Virus record (IMG/VR): IMGVR_UViG_3300028027_000061
Origin: a virus
Length of the DNA stretch: 64,000 nucleotides
Reading direction: 5' to 3' (one strand)
Shown: piece after piece, positions 7,916-17,834 of the stretch
Numbering within the stretch: position 1 is the first letter of the stretch
Layout: every line of letters begins with the position of its first letter
The notes under the pieces: generated by a model
Told to the model about the DNA's origin: nothing
Seen by the model: the letters and a program-made list of their open reading frames with translations, nothing else
The model's database searches: none
Made by a program: the position numbers and the translations under genes

Positions 7916-8233
7916 ATGCCAGTATATGATTTTATAAACACAGAAACAGGTGAAGAGTGGGAAGAAAAGATGTCATACGATGACATGAAAACACTCACGA
8001 ACGATGGAACAGTTAAGATTCTCTACAAGAAGATTAACTTCTTGCATGCTCCTGGTTCCGACGGTGGCGGGAAGGTTCCTGATCACTTCAAGGAAGTCAT
8101 GTCTCGCGTCGCCGATGCCAATCCCAATTCTCCTCTCGCAAAGGAGTATGGTTCTAAATCTGCCAAGGATGTTAAGACACGTGATGTGGTAGAAAAAATC
8201 AGAAAAAAAGCAGGTGGATCTCTAATTGGATGA
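7916..8233 (+). CDS. hypothetical protein
   Basis: RBS ggagttattATG. The track's N-terminal extension is rejected. Confidence 0.4.
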   Translation: MPVYDFINTETGEEWEEKMSYDDMKTLTNDGTVKILYKKINFLHAPGSDGGGKVPDHFKEVMSRVADANPNSPLAKEYGSKSAKDVKTRDVVEKIRKKAGGSLIG

Positions 8234-8237
8234 TTTA

Positions 8238-8271
8238 GGGGCTTGACATTTTCTCATTTTTAGGGTAGAAT
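8238..8271 (+). promoter_or_regulatory. early promoter (GGGGCTTGACA...TAGAAT)
   Basis: TTGACA 8243-8248, TAGAAT 8266-8271. Same family as the others. Confidence 0.55.
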
Positions 8272-8302
8272 GAAATATAAGATGAGAAAAGGAAAAGTGA
8301 AA

Positions 8303-8617
8303 ATGATTAAAGTTTACCAAATCCAGTTGACCGACGCTGAAATCGCTGCCGTAAACAACGGCGAAACTAGCGACCGCATTAAAGCGTACTTCGACCGTTC
8401 GTTTGAACGCACCTTCAAGGCGGAGAACTTCCAGCACTACACCCATGTTGCTAACGTTGATACCAATGACATGGAAGAAGCATTCGCTGCCATGAATCTT
8501 TGGGAAGGTGCTACGGTTGAGAAACTCGGTCCCTGCTCCTCGATGTCGGTTGGTGACATTCTTGAGGTTGACGGTAAACTGTTCCGTTGCGCTTCTTGTG
8601 GGTTTGATGCAATTTAA
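8303..8617 (+). CDS. hypothetical protein
   Basis: RBS aaaggaaaagtgaaaATG downstream of the promoter. C-terminal CxxC. Confidence 0.45.
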   Translation: MIKVYQIQLTDAEIAAVNNGETSDRIKAYFDRSFERTFKAENFQHYTHVANVDTNDMEEAFAAMNLWEGATVEKLGPCSSMSVGDILEVDGKLFRCASCGFDAI

Positions 8618-8628
8618 GGATATTTGAT

Positions 8629-8862
8629 ATGACTGAAGTTGTGCAAAAGAACATGTTCCTCGAAACTATGAAGTGGGCAGGCACTGCATGTGTCGTCGTC
8701 GCCGCGACCTGTCGTGCATTTGATTATCACACGGCAGATCTGTTGATCTCTATCGCTGGTGCTGGTCTCTGGGGTTATGCTGGGTTCGCTATGAAGGATA
8801 AGGCACTGATTGCAGTAAATGCGTTTGTGGTTGGTATTTTGATTGTAGGAGTTATCGTATGA
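8629..8862 (+). CDS. small membrane protein
   Basis: Hydrophobic 77 aa. Confidence 0.4.
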   Translation: MTEVVQKNMFLETMKWAGTACVVVAATCRAFDYHTADLLISIAGAGLWGYAGFAMKDKALIAVNAFVVGILIVGVIV

Positions 8863-9071
8863 GTTATTGGCTTTTAGTATTCCTGTTCACGCCAGAAGGT
8901 GAGTTCTTGGCTAAGGACGTTTATGAGACTGCGGGCAAGGAGCAATGCGTTGCCTTTGCTGGTGATGTAGCAAAGACCTTGGTGAATAGCAAAATTCAGG
9001 CCCAGTTTCATTGCGTAAGCGATGACCATTATATGGGTCGTGAACAGGATGAGGGTGTAGACTATGACTAA
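8859..9071 (+). CDS. hypothetical protein
   Basis: ATGA start/stop overlap, which suggests translational coupling. Confidence 0.35.
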   Translation: MSYWLLVFLFTPEGEFLAKDVYETAGKEQCVAFAGDVAKTLVNSKIQAQFHCVSDDHYMGREQDEGVDYD

Positions 9072-9252
9072 ATCGGATTTCTGGACTATTATGGTTCTAC
9101 AGTGGGCATTGTTTACTGCCATTCTGTTTATTGGTTGGATTATCATGTCTACAAATAATCTTGAAACAGAACTAGAATACATGAAGAATTACAATAGTGT
9201 TATTACCACGGAAAATCTACAAGATATTATGTGCAATGGGAATCCAGTATGA
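9064..9252 (+). CDS. small membrane protein
   Basis: One TM helix. Overlapping starts. Confidence 0.35.
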   Translation: MTKSDFWTIMVLQWALFTAILFIGWIIMSTNNLETELEYMKNYNSVITTENLQDIMCNGNPV

Positions 9253-9683
9253 TGACTAAATGGACTGAGCGATTTCTAGATCTTGCCGAACATATCGGCA
9301 CGTGGTCATATGACCCTCGTACCAAGCTGGGTGCAGTGATTGTTGATGACCGCAATCGTATCATTTCCATTGGTTACAACGGATTCCCTCGTGGTGTATT
9401 AGATAAGGCGGAACGATATGAAGACCGTCCCACTAAGCATCTGTTTGTAGCACACGCTGAACGTAATGCGCTGGACAATTCACCCATGAGTGTTGAGGGA
9501 TGTACGCTGTATGTCCCACTGCTCCCATGCAACGAATGCGCCAAGAGCATCATCCAACGTGGTATCTCGAAGGTGGTCAGTTACCATCCCGATCGCGAGG
9601 ACACATTCAACTGGGATATTACCAAGCAGATGTTCCACGAAGCAGCTGTTGCATTGCAATTGGTGCATAAAAATGAAGTTTGA
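9249..9683 (+). CDS. cd: dCMP (deoxycytidylate) deaminase
   Basis: Zinc-binding CDA motifs HAERNA ... PCNECAKSI. Size matches T4 Cd. The exact start (9231, 9249 or 9252) is uncertain. Confidence 0.75.
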   Translation: MMTKWTERFLDLAEHIGTWSYDPRTKLGAVIVDDRNRIISIGYNGFPRGVLDKAERYEDRPTKHLFVAHAERNALDNSPMSVEGCTLYVPLLPCNECAKSIIQRGISKVVSYHPDREDTFNWDITKQMFHEAAVALQLVHKNEV

Positions 9684-10233
9684 TGTTCTACAAAACGCAG
9701 TCGTCTTCAGGAACGTGTTTGAAGATCTTTCGGCGTTTATCGAAAACCAGAAAGAAAAAACACTCATCGAAAGCGGAATTGTTCGATCAAATAATGCTGG
9801 TTATGACAAAGACTTTCGGTATTCATCACAAGCAAATGTTAGTTCTTCAAATCCTGTAGTAGAGAAGATTCGTGAGTTGTCCAGGTATGCGAATGAAAAT
9901 CACTTTAGGATAAACATCTCGAAATATTCGCATGAGAATCATTTTGTGCAGTATGATGTGAATGGTAAGTTTGATGCACATAGTGATATTATCTGGAGGG
10001 CAGATGTCGACAATCTAGACATGTATCCTGTTCGTAAAATCACTTGTGTTACACTACTGAATGATGATTTCGCAGGTGGTAAGTTGGCACTCTGGTATAC
10101 AGGGCAGAGATACAGTTTTCCCTTCAATAAGGGCGACGTGATTCTGTTTCCCTCATATGTTCAACATAAAGTTGATCCAGTCGAGTCAGGTGTCAGATAC
10201 AGTTTAGTTTCATGGTCTTATGGTGAATTTTAA
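9673..10233 (+). CDS. 2OG-Fe(II) oxygenase (prolyl-4-hydroxylase/PhyH-like)
   Basis: HxD...H facial triad (DAHSD ... VQHKV) in a jelly-roll-like context. Confidence 0.45.
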   Translation: MKFDVLQNAVVFRNVFEDLSAFIENQKEKTLIESGIVRSNNAGYDKDFRYSSQANVSSSNPVVEKIRELSRYANENHFRINISKYSHENHFVQYDVNGKFDAHSDIIWRADVDNLDMYPVRKITCVTLLNDDFAGGKLALWYTGQRYSFPFNKGDVILFPSYVQHKVDPVESGVRYSLVSWSYGEF

Positions 10234-10244
10234 TCAAAATTCTA

Positions 10245-10273
10245 TTGACAAATACCGTGAAACAGCGTATAAT
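10245..10273 (+). promoter_or_regulatory. sigma70-like promoter TTGACA-N17-TATAAT
   Basis: Exact consensus hexamers with a 17-nt spacer. Confidence 0.55.
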
Positions 10274-10305
10274 GCTAATAATGATTGAGTCGAGGAGTAA
10301 ATAAT

Positions 10306-10476
10306 ATGGATATTCAATTGACAATGGAACGTATTCAGAATGCTCGGCGAGCGATGGTTCGTGCTCAAAATCCTGCGTTCCGAAAGTTGTGGGATGATAT
10401 TGCGAACAAGTTGTTTGCTGAACTCGAAGATTATGGGCAACCATGGTTGCGAACTTATGATGGAAAGTTGAATTAA
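10306..10476 (+). CDS. hypothetical small protein
   Basis: RBS gaggagtaaataatATG. Confidence 0.4.
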   Translation: MDIQLTMERIQNARRAMVRAQNPAFRKLWDDIANKLFAELEDYGQPWLRTYDGKLN

Positions 10477-10751
10477 TGCCAAAATATCTTGTAGAAACTG
10501 TTAGTGTATTCCGCATGCGGTATGTAGTCGAGGCGAAGACTGCATCTGATGCTAGGGATGAGGTCACCATGAGTGTTGGTGATGATTTTAAAGAGTTCTC
10601 GCAACTCCATCTCGACGAGATGATTTCATCCACTCGCGAGATTGATCAGGCAGAGTATCTTCGCATTTTTGATGAGGATAATGTTTATCTGAAAGACTGG
10701 ACTGAAGAGCAGAAACTTCAATTCGTGAATGTGATTAATTATGACGAGTGA
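10476..10751 (+). CDS. hypothetical protein
   Basis: ATGA overlap with the upstream gene. Confidence 0.4.
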   Translation: MPKYLVETVSVFRMRYVVEAKTASDARDEVTMSVGDDFKEFSQLHLDEMISSTREIDQAEYLRIFDEDNVYLKDWTEEQKLQFVNVINYDE

Positions 10752-10868
10752 TAATATTCTATTCATTATCATAATTCTATTGCTTTCTGTGACAGTTTAT
10801 AGTATATTCACCTCTAAAGTCACTGCTGAAGAGCGCGACGAAATGTTAAATGATAAGGAAATGTTCCC

Positions 10869-11270
10869 GTGATTATTCAGAATGCCGTAACATGTCTCGG
10901 TTGCGGGGACTTCATTGTCTCCAAGCATCGCCATGACTTTGTGACATGCACTTGTGGTGCCATCTCTGTAGATGGTGGGCAATCCTACCTTCGTCGTGTT
11001 GGTGATTTTGGCAATTCGATCGATCTCTCTTGGAGTCTGCCCGATGCTGTTTACGAAGATTGCGCAGAGGCAGTACAGAATGCCATGGATAGTGGTCGCA
11101 ATAAGTTTGGCATCGCTAATGCTGTGATGCGCACTCTGCGTGAGTATGAACGCATCGTCGCAGAAGGCGAGCAACGTGTGTTGGCAAAGAGCATAGGTCT
11201 CGACGAGATTATGGTCGAGGAAGCAGACGGAAGTTATAACCGTTATAAGAAGGTGAATGAAGATGACTAA
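10869..11270 (+). CDS. zinc-ribbon protein
   Basis: CxxC...CxC pattern (CLGCGD ... CTCG). Likely GTG start. Confidence 0.35.
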   Translation: MIIQNAVTCLGCGDFIVSKHRHDFVTCTCGAISVDGGQSYLRRVGDFGNSIDLSWSLPDAVYEDCAEAVQNAMDSGRNKFGIANAVMRTLREYERIVAEGEQRVLAKSIGLDEIMVEEADGSYNRYKKVNEDD

Positions 11271-11502
11271 GATTTCAGTAGAACTTGATGTTGAGCAGTT
11301 TGATAAACTAGTTGTAGAAGAATTGATCAGAACTCGCGAGGCATTTCTCAATGATCTCGGCGCAAACAATCATGTGTTTGTGTATGGTGATCAGGAAGCA
11401 GATGACATCGAGATTCAGAAGCATATTGATTCCCTTGATGATTTGATCAAGTGGTTTGGCACACCAGAGCAAGTAAAAAAGGTGTTTGGTGATGAAGACT
11501 GA
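11257..11502 (+). CDS. hypothetical protein
   Basis: Acidic 81 aa. Confidence 0.35.
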   Translation: MKMTKISVELDVEQFDKLVVEELIRTREAFLNDLGANNHVFVYGDQEADDIEIQKHIDSLDDLIKWFGTPEQVKKVFGDED

Positions 11503-11677
11503 TGAAATTAAAGGCAAGATGATTGAAGCAATCCCGTATGTTGCAGTGTTTGGCATCGCCGCACTTGCTGTATATGGGGTAACAAAACTCGTTGAGGCAA
11601 CAAAAGAACTTGACTTTCCACTTGATTTCGGGTATGATGAATATCTAGATAAAATTATTGATGAACAAGGAAAATAA
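11486..11677 (+). CDS. small membrane protein
   Basis: TM helix AIPYVAVFGIAALAVYGV. Confidence 0.35.
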   Translation: MVMKTDEIKGKMIEAIPYVAVFGIAALAVYGVTKLVEATKELDFPLDFGYDEYLDKIIDEQGK

Positions 11678-12784
11678 GTGACATATTATATTCGTAATGC
11701 AAATACCTATCGCGTAACAGATAAGAACTCTGTCGACATCGCGACATCTCTACCTGCTGGCAACTATGTTGTCAAGGCAGACCAGTTTGGTGCTCTTTTC
11801 CTCGAAACCGTTGAACCGTTCGAACCGCTGAAGAAGTATTATGGTGATACACTTCGCAATGCTGATCGCATCATGCGCACGTTCAATGACCGAACATCAT
11901 CAACTGGTGTGCTGCTGACTGGCGAGAAGGGTTCGGGTAAGACTCTGCTGGCAAAGCACCTGTCTATCATGGGTTATGCTGCAGGTATGCCGACAATCAC
12001 TATCAACTCTGCGTGGGTTGGTGACTCATTCAACAAACTTATTCAGGATATTGAGCAACCATCCATCGTTCTGTTCGATGAATTCGAAAAGGTGTATAAT
12101 CGCGAGGAGCAAGCAAAGATGCTGACTCTACTCGACGGTGTGTATGCAAGCAAGACGCTGTTCATTCTTACCTGTAATGACAAATGGCGCATCGATAATC
12201 ACATGCGTAACCGTCCTGGTCGTATCTTCTACTCGATTGACTTCAATGGTCTGTCGGAAGAGTTTATTCGCCAGTATTGCGAAGACGTTCTTGATGACAA
12301 GAGTCACATCGACCAGATTACTAAGATTGCTACGCTCTTTGGTGAGTTTAACTTTGACATGCTCAAGGCAATGGTTGAAGACATGAATCGTTATAAGGAA
12401 ACTCCACAAGAAACAATGCGTCTCTTGAATGCGAAACCTGAGTATGATCAAACCGAACCCAAGTATGACATTGAGTTGATCATCGATGGTGAAGCAATTG
12501 CAAAGGAAGATCTCGACGATTACGAGGTTGATTTCAATCCTCTGACGCGAGATGAATTCACGATTTATTATGACTTGGTCGAACCAGATGAAGACGATGA
12601 TGAAGACGATGTGTTGACAACAAAAGTTCGGAGTCGTACTACTGGGGTGCATTTTGTCCCATCTGACTTGAAGCATGTTAATGCTAAGGCAGGTACGTTC
12701 ATCTTCACAAACGCTGATGGCGCCACCGTTCAATTCACCAAGAAGTCACCTGACAAGAAGAGTTTCTACTGGGGTGCGCTGTAA
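11678..12784 (+). CDS. AAA-family ATPase
   Basis: Walker A GEKGSGKTLLAKHL, Walker B IVLFDEFEK. Acidic C-terminal tail. GTG start. Confidence 0.55.
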   Translation: MTYYIRNANTYRVTDKNSVDIATSLPAGNYVVKADQFGALFLETVEPFEPLKKYYGDTLRNADRIMRTFNDRTSSTGVLLTGEKGSGKTLLAKHLSIMGYAAGMPTITINSAWVGDSFNKLIQDIEQPSIVLFDEFEKVYNREEQAKMLTLLDGVYASKTLFILTCNDKWRIDNHMRNRPGRIFYSIDFNGLSEEFIRQYCEDVLDDKSHIDQITKIATLFGEFNFDMLKAMVEDMNRYKETPQETMRLLNAKPEYDQTEPKYDIELIIDGEAIAKEDLDDYEVDFNPLTRDEFTIYYDLVEPDEDDDEDDVLTTKVRSRTTGVHFVPSDLKHVNAKAGTFIFTNADGATVQFTKKSPDKKSFYWGAL

Positions 12785-13335
12785 TGAAAGTCAATATAGG
12801 TCCATATCCTCGCTGGTTCGGTCCATACCAGATCGCAGAAAAGATTCTGTTCTGGAAGGACAAGGACGATGATGCAGTTTTTGCATTAGGGGAATGGTTG
12901 GACAAATACACACCAATTGCCAGAATAGCACAATGGTTTTTCCATAAGAGGAAGGTCAAGATTCGTATCGACCCATATGATACATGGAGCATGGACCACA
13001 CTCTTGGTTTGATCATTGTGCCTATGCTAAAGCAACTCAAGGCGACAAAGCATGGTTCTCCTTGCGTTGATGATGAAGATGTACCTGAAGAACTTCGTTC
13101 CACCTCTGCTCCAGCAAAGGAGAATGAATGGGATGTTGATGACAACCACCATAAGCGTTGGGATTGGGTTATGGATGAGATGATCTGGGCATTCGAACAG
13201 AACATTGATGATTCTTTCCCCGATCGCTTCTGGACAGACTATGTGTATGACAGAGATGGTCACAAAAAACACGAAGAACGTATCGATAATGGCATATTGT
13301 TATTTGGGAAATATTATAGAGGACTATGGGACTGA
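12784..13335 (+). CDS. hypothetical protein
   Basis: 183-aa ORF. Confidence 0.4.
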   Translation: MKVNIGPYPRWFGPYQIAEKILFWKDKDDDAVFALGEWLDKYTPIARIAQWFFHKRKVKIRIDPYDTWSMDHTLGLIIVPMLKQLKATKHGSPCVDDEDVPEELRSTSAPAKENEWDVDDNHHKRWDWVMDEMIWAFEQNIDDSFPDRFWTDYVYDRDGHKKHEERIDNGILLFGKYYRGLWD

Positions 13336-13514
13336 TGGTTAAAGAATCAAAGGGTGGTGTCTTTGCACCGACAGATTATCCTGTAATTAAACGTGCGTTG
13401 CACTCGTATCTTATTGAGTGCATGCGAACAGAAGGTGTCAGCGAACGAGACCCACATCCAGATACAGCAATCATTTCTAATTTACTACACAGATTGGGTC
13501 GCATTCAATCATGA
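13326..13514 (+). CDS. hypothetical protein
   Basis: 62-aa ORF in an operon context. Confidence 0.3.
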   Translation: MGLMVKESKGGVFAPTDYPVIKRALHSYLIECMRTEGVSERDPHPDTAIISNLLHRLGRIQS

Positions 13515-13819
13515 TAAATAAGTCTATGATTGAACCTACTAAAGACCCCAAGTTGAGACTTAACTTTCAAGAGAGGCAGCAGAAACGCATGGCTCTCATG
13601 AGTGATGTCAGTGACTACATAAAAGAAACAATTCTATATTGTGATGATGAAGAAGAAATGATTGCCCTCGGATCTGTGTTGCAGATTCTGTCTAAAGATA
13701 TTCTTACGACAGTGATGGCACGAAATGATTGGAAAAATGCAATCACAGAATTCGCCTCTGATGTGGAAAAAGAAACAGATTACGCCAGCATTCGGAAACA
13801 ATATAGAGATTACTTGTAA
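13511..13819 (+). CDS. hypothetical protein
   Basis: 102-aa ORF. Confidence 0.35.
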   Translation: MINKSMIEPTKDPKLRLNFQERQQKRMALMSDVSDYIKETILYCDDEEEMIALGSVLQILSKDILTTVMARNDWKNAITEFASDVEKETDYASIRKQYRDYL

Positions 13820-14436
13820 TGGCATTTCAAGTTCCCAATATCGCACACGACCCAGAGTTCGAGTTCCCTAACTGGAACCACAAATGGGGTGGTGGTCTAT
13901 ACAAAGGTATCTTTACCCAACAAAATAAGAACTTTTATTCTGCATTTGAAAAACTCATTGCACAGGAGAATATTGTTCGTGTGCTAGAGATAGGTACCGC
14001 AAATGGTGGTTTTATTCGTGCAGTGAGGGATTTAACAGATGCCGAGATTATTACCTATGATGTAATAGAAACTAAGCATAAAGCGACCCTCGAAGAGAAT
14101 AATATTTCGGTAAACGTCAAAAGCGTATTCGATGATTTCGATGCTGTAGAAGAATATATCTCTGGAAAAGGGCAGGTTCTTGTCCTATGCGACGGGGGAG
14201 ATAAGAGATACGAATTTCATGTGTTCTCTAAAATGCTGAAGTCTGGGGATATTATCATGGCGCATGACTATTCCTATGATGAGGCAATGTATCGCGCATA
14301 CATACGTGAGAATGTATGGCGTTGGTGCGAACTCCAGTATAAAGACATTGCCTTCGCCGTAGAAACTCAAAATCTAGAACCGCTTATGACTGAAGATTTT
14401 CAAGAAGCAGTATGGACCTGTTGGAAAAAGGCTTGA
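13819..14436 (+). CDS. class I SAM-dependent methyltransferase-like
   Basis: Motif I-like VLEIGTANGG. Acidic motif II-like ITYD. Confidence 0.4.
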   Translation: MAFQVPNIAHDPEFEFPNWNHKWGGGLYKGIFTQQNKNFYSAFEKLIAQENIVRVLEIGTANGGFIRAVRDLTDAEIITYDVIETKHKATLEENNISVNVKSVFDDFDAVEEYISGKGQVLVLCDGGDKRYEFHVFSKMLKSGDIIMAHDYSYDEAMYRAYIRENVWRWCELQYKDIAFAVETQNLEPLMTEDFQEAVWTCWKKA

Positions 14437-14461
14437 CATTTATCCCATAATATAGTATTAT
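14431..14461 (+). promoter_or_regulatory. early promoter (GGCTTGACA ... TATTAT); the downstream ORF may be nearly leaderless
   Basis: TTGACA 14433-14438, -10 about 14456-14461. The ATG lies at 14468. Confidence 0.45.
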
Positions 14462-14467
14462 GGGAAC

Positions 14468-14737
14468 ATGACTGATAGAAGAAACCCAAAAGTTCGCCGT
14501 TCCAAGTGGGACAAAGTCCTGAAGATTCCAGGATACAATTACAAAAAATCATTTTACACAGGTTTTGTGTGGACATACACCAACTGTATGGGCAAGGATT
14601 ATCACAGTGAACTCACCGATCGTGGGTGGAAATGTGACTGTCCTGGATTCTCATTTCACGGTAAGTGCAAACATGTTCATAAATTCCACAAACAATTGAC
14701 AGGTGACATTTATGAACCAAAGTATGCAATATGTTAA
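14468..14737 (+). CDS. SWIM-type zinc-finger protein
   Basis: CxC-x(n)-CxH pattern (WKCDCPGFSFHGKCKHVH). Confidence 0.4.
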   Translation: MTDRRNPKVRRSKWDKVLKIPGYNYKKSFYTGFVWTYTNCMGKDYHSELTDRGWKCDCPGFSFHGKCKHVHKFHKQLTGDIYEPKYAIC

Positions 14738-14946
14738 TCGCTAGATTTCTAGTAGAGAATGCAATCCGAGGATTCCTATTCGCGTTGCTGTATGCTGCTG
14801 CCAAGTTTTTCATTACAGGCGAGCACATCGGTGAGATGTTGTTTCTTATCTGGTTTGTCGCTGGCACCATGTTGTCGTTATTACTCAAGTTAATTGAAGC
14901 AATCGAAATTTATCATAAACTAAAGGAAATGAATAATGATCATTAA
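14731..14946 (+). CDS. small membrane protein
   Basis: Two TM helices. Confidence 0.35.
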   Translation: MLIARFLVENAIRGFLFALLYAAAKFFITGEHIGEMLFLIWFVAGTMLSLLLKLIEAIEIYHKLKEMNNDH

Positions 14947-15139
14947 TACACAACTTTTGACCAATGAAATGCTCAACGACATGCAAGAAGAAGCAGGTGA
15001 GATGGGACTGACTGGTAACATCTATGTCGATGCTCGTGGTGCTTCACCCAAGGAACGTGATGAAGTCCGCCGCATTCTTGCTGAACATTATGATGCATTA
15101 CGCACTGCATTGAAAAATGTAGGATCTCACTGGGGTTAA
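14936..15139 (+). CDS. hypothetical protein
   Basis: 67 aa. Confidence 0.35.
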   Translation: MIINTQLLTNEMLNDMQEEAGEMGLTGNIYVDARGASPKERDEVRRILAEHYDALRTALKNVGSHWG

Positions 15140-15144
15140 ACTAA

Positions 15145-15705
15145 ATGTTTGATGATGATGAACGTATTAACATTATGTTGATCAGGGATGTGGTAAAGAG
15201 TAAGTTTCGCGAACTCTTATCCGATCTGCCTGTCGACACATATCCATATTTCAAGGATTCCATTCTAACTGGTGGGTGTTTTGCATCTTTGTTCAACGGT
15301 GAAATTACAAACGACTGGGATGTGTATCTCAGGGATGTTGATACTGCTGATCGGTTCGAATCATTTGTCATGAGTGATACTCCGACTCTGAATGTAGTCA
15401 AAGATGCGACTCCTGGGTACATGGCAGAAGTAAAGGTGCAGGGCAAGTTAGTTACTGCCAATGCAATAACGTTTAAGAATAAACTGCAGGTTATCACTCG
15501 CACATGCAAGGCACATCGTGAGACGTTCGACTTCATTCATTGCATGCCATACTTTGACATGGCAACACAGCAGTTGTTTATCTCTCGTGCGCAGTATGAC
15601 AGCATTAAGCAGAAGAAACTCGTGAAGAATCCTGCGCATGTGCAACGGTTGTCAGCGCATAGAAGAGATAAATTTTTAGAGCGTGGATGGACGTTTGGGG
15701 CTTGA
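15145..15705 (+). CDS. nucleotidyltransferase-fold protein (Pol-beta superfamily)
   Basis: h[GS]GS ... DhD pattern (ILTGGCFASL ... DWDVYLRDVD). Confidence 0.35.
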   Translation: MFDDDERINIMLIRDVVKSKFRELLSDLPVDTYPYFKDSILTGGCFASLFNGEITNDWDVYLRDVDTADRFESFVMSDTPTLNVVKDATPGYMAEVKVQGKLVTANAITFKNKLQVITRTCKAHRETFDFIHCMPYFDMATQQLFISRAQYDSIKQKKLVKNPAHVQRLSAHRRDKFLERGWTFGA

Positions 15706-15730
15706 CTTTTATCACATTTCGAGGTATAGT
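15697..15730 (+). promoter_or_regulatory. early promoter GGGGCTTGACT-N17-TATAGT
   Basis: Near-identical to the 437-469 promoter, including the downstream gtattatagtttgaaaggaa. Confidence 0.6.
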
Positions 15731-15756
15731 GGTATTATAGTTTGAAAGGAATTGTT

Positions 15757-15909
15757 ATGCCATATTTTTTGATTTTCGCTGGTTTGCTGACGATGTGTGT
15801 TCCTGAAGATGCAGGATTTCTTCAATTCGCTTTACAGGGTGCTGCTGGTCTTGCTCTGTTTCTGATTGGCACTGTCAACCTGATCAATACGCCTACTACT
15901 GTTCGTTAA
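15757..15909 (+). CDS. small membrane protein (51 aa)
   Basis: RBS aaaggaattgttATG after the promoter. Hydrophobic. Confidence 0.35.
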   Translation: MPYFLIFAGLLTMCVPEDAGFLQFALQGAAGLALFLIGTVNLINTPTTVR

Positions 15910-15924
15910 TAAGGGAATTATACT

Positions 15925-16485
15925 ATGGCAAATCATGTTACATCGCGTGTCGAAATAGATTGTAATGAAGCAGCACAAGTCCTTGTTGAGCAGTGGGCAT
16001 CTGCTATTGATGCAATGGAAGTTGATCCGCCCAATGGTAATGGTTGTAAATATGTCTGGAACATAATGGAAAATGTTCCTGCTGATGTGACACATCAGTG
16101 GACTGCTGACAACATCGGCACCAAGTGGTGTTACTTTGACGACATGTATGACAATACATTTGTCATGACATCTGCGTGGGACTGGCCGATTAAATTCATA
16201 GATTGGATGACGGCACAAATTCTAGCAATCGATGAAGATGCATGTATCACAGTCACCTTTGAAGACGAAGGTGCAAACTTTGCTGGGTATCATATCTACA
16301 CGAAACTCGGTGAACGTGGTGATACCATTGATTGGGATGACCTCGTGCAGATGGTATCTGAGGCATTACCAGAGATAACTGAACTCGAAGAAGGCAGTGA
16401 TGCATATTTTGACATGTTGTATGATAACATCTGGGATGCTATTTACAAATGGCAAGAAGAACAAATCGACCAAAAAGGAAACTGA
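15925..16485 (+). CDS. acidic hypothetical protein
   Basis: 186 aa, rich in D/E/W. Confidence 0.4.
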   Translation: MANHVTSRVEIDCNEAAQVLVEQWASAIDAMEVDPPNGNGCKYVWNIMENVPADVTHQWTADNIGTKWCYFDDMYDNTFVMTSAWDWPIKFIDWMTAQILAIDEDACITVTFEDEGANFAGYHIYTKLGERGDTIDWDDLVQMVSEALPEITELEEGSDAYFDMLYDNIWDAIYKWQEEQIDQKGN

Positions 16486-16487
16486 GT

Positions 16488-16691
16488 ATGATTCATAGTG
16501 TATTTGATATTGTTCCACGCAATGTAGCAATTTCTCTTGTTTGTGGTGATGCTGACATTTTTAATGTTGGGTATTATGATAAATTGTATGCATATTATGC
16601 ATCTGACATGCCATATGGTGTTGCCAAGGCACGGACAGGTGATCCAGATGAGTGGATTCTTAATCGACTAGAAGAAGATCTCGGTGTATGA
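16488..16691 (+). CDS. hypothetical protein
   Basis: ATG overlapping the upstream stop. The track's longer 16449 start is rejected. Confidence 0.35.
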   Translation: MIHSVFDIVPRNVAISLVCGDADIFNVGYYDKLYAYYASDMPYGVAKARTGDPDEWILNRLEEDLGV

Positions 16692-17020
16692 GGTACGAAC
16701 TCCGCCGTTGGACTGATCAGTCTAGATCTTCGTTTGTAGTCAGACAAAAGTCTGATGATTACGGTGCAATCAACCAGCAGTTTAATCGTGCGTTTTTTGC
16801 ATCCAGCGAACCAAATTTGTTACACATTGTAGATACGGAGGAAGAACATGCGATGCAGAATTAACAGTGACGATTGGGAAGATTTAGGTAAAGTATATTT
16901 CGTGCACGCACTGAACAATCGGGCAAACTCTACCGCAGTGGCACTTGTTCTAGAGGATGATGGCGGTAACATCCACAAGCGAGTCGTGGCATCGCATCAG
17001 ATTGAATGGGTTGAAGAATA

Positions 17021-17410
17021 ATGGCAATTTATAATGGACCTCCTACTGGAAATCCAGGAGCAACACCGTTCAAACCGATGGACTGGGATAGTATCAGTAT
17101 CCCATATGATCAATCGCATAGCATTACAGCGGTCAACACTCTCGGAACGACCATCAGTCTTCCAGGTGAACTGCTTGATTTCCAGATGAAGCATGATCTT
17201 GATTACATTAGAGCATCTGGTCTTCCCGAGGAAGACTTGAATAATCTTCTGAAAAAAGAAATGGCAACGAAATTGGCACAGAAGATGATGGACGATGGTC
17301 ATATCCTGTTCACCAAGCAGACAGATTTGGCAGATAATTCTATTCGCTATCGTGCATACACATGGGTGGGCAACAAAGATTTCATTGAACAGCAGAGAAA
17401 AAGAAAATAG
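17021..17410 (+). CDS. hypothetical protein
   Basis: 129 aa. Confidence 0.4.
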   Translation: MAIYNGPPTGNPGATPFKPMDWDSISIPYDQSHSITAVNTLGTTISLPGELLDFQMKHDLDYIRASGLPEEDLNNLLKKEMATKLAQKMMDDGHILFTKQTDLADNSIRYRAYTWVGNKDFIEQQRKRK

Positions 17411-17443
17411 GGGCTTGACTTTTTCGAGAAAATCGAGTATAGT
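17411..17443 (+). promoter_or_regulatory. early promoter GGGGCTTGACT-N17-TATAGT
   Basis: Consensus hexamers. Downstream gaaaaggaaaattgattATG. Confidence 0.55.
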
Positions 17444-17477
17444 GGTTATATTGATTGAGTGAAAAGGAAAATTGATT

Positions 17478-17828
17478 ATGACGATTTCGAAGTTTGACCG
17501 CACCTCGCTGAACACCCTCCGCTCTGACCTGCAGGCAGTGCTTGATGCATATGCCGCCAACCATGGTCTTGAGTTTGACATTGGCGGCATTCGCTTCAGC
17601 GAAGCAGAAGCAACCATCAAGGTTGTGTCAAAGATCAAGGGTGCTGTGACTCGCACCGACCTGAACCTTCAGCGCATGATGCAGGCATATGGTCTGGTTG
17701 CAGAAAAGAACGGTCGCAAGTTGGTTCGCTACGATGTCCGTAAACCAAAGTATCCGTTCATCTATGAAGAAAACGGCAAGCAGTTTAAGACGACTGCCGA
17801 CCGTGCTAAGTATCTTTTTGCAGCGTAA
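17478..17828 (+). CDS. hypothetical protein
   Basis: ATG at 17478. The track start at 17472 is a TTG. Confidence 0.4.
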   Translation: MTISKFDRTSLNTLRSDLQAVLDAYAANHGLEFDIGGIRFSEAEATIKVVSKIKGAVTRTDLNLQRMMQAYGLVAEKNGRKLVRYDVRKPKYPFIYEENGKQFKTTADRAKYLFAA

Positions 17829-17834
17829 GGAAGT

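Noticed and set aside
10797-11369. 190-aa minus-strand ORF
   Set aside because: Antisense to two plus-strand ORFs with RBSs. No promoter or RBS of its own.
12128-12733. 201-aa ORF on the minus strand
   Set aside because: Lies entirely antisense to the well-supported AAA ATPase gene (Walker A/B on the plus strand). Cys/His-rich low-complexity translation typical of shadow ORFs.
16997-17656. 219-aa minus-strand ORF
   Set aside because: Overlaps the plus-strand promoter at 17411 and two plus-strand genes. Antisense artefact.
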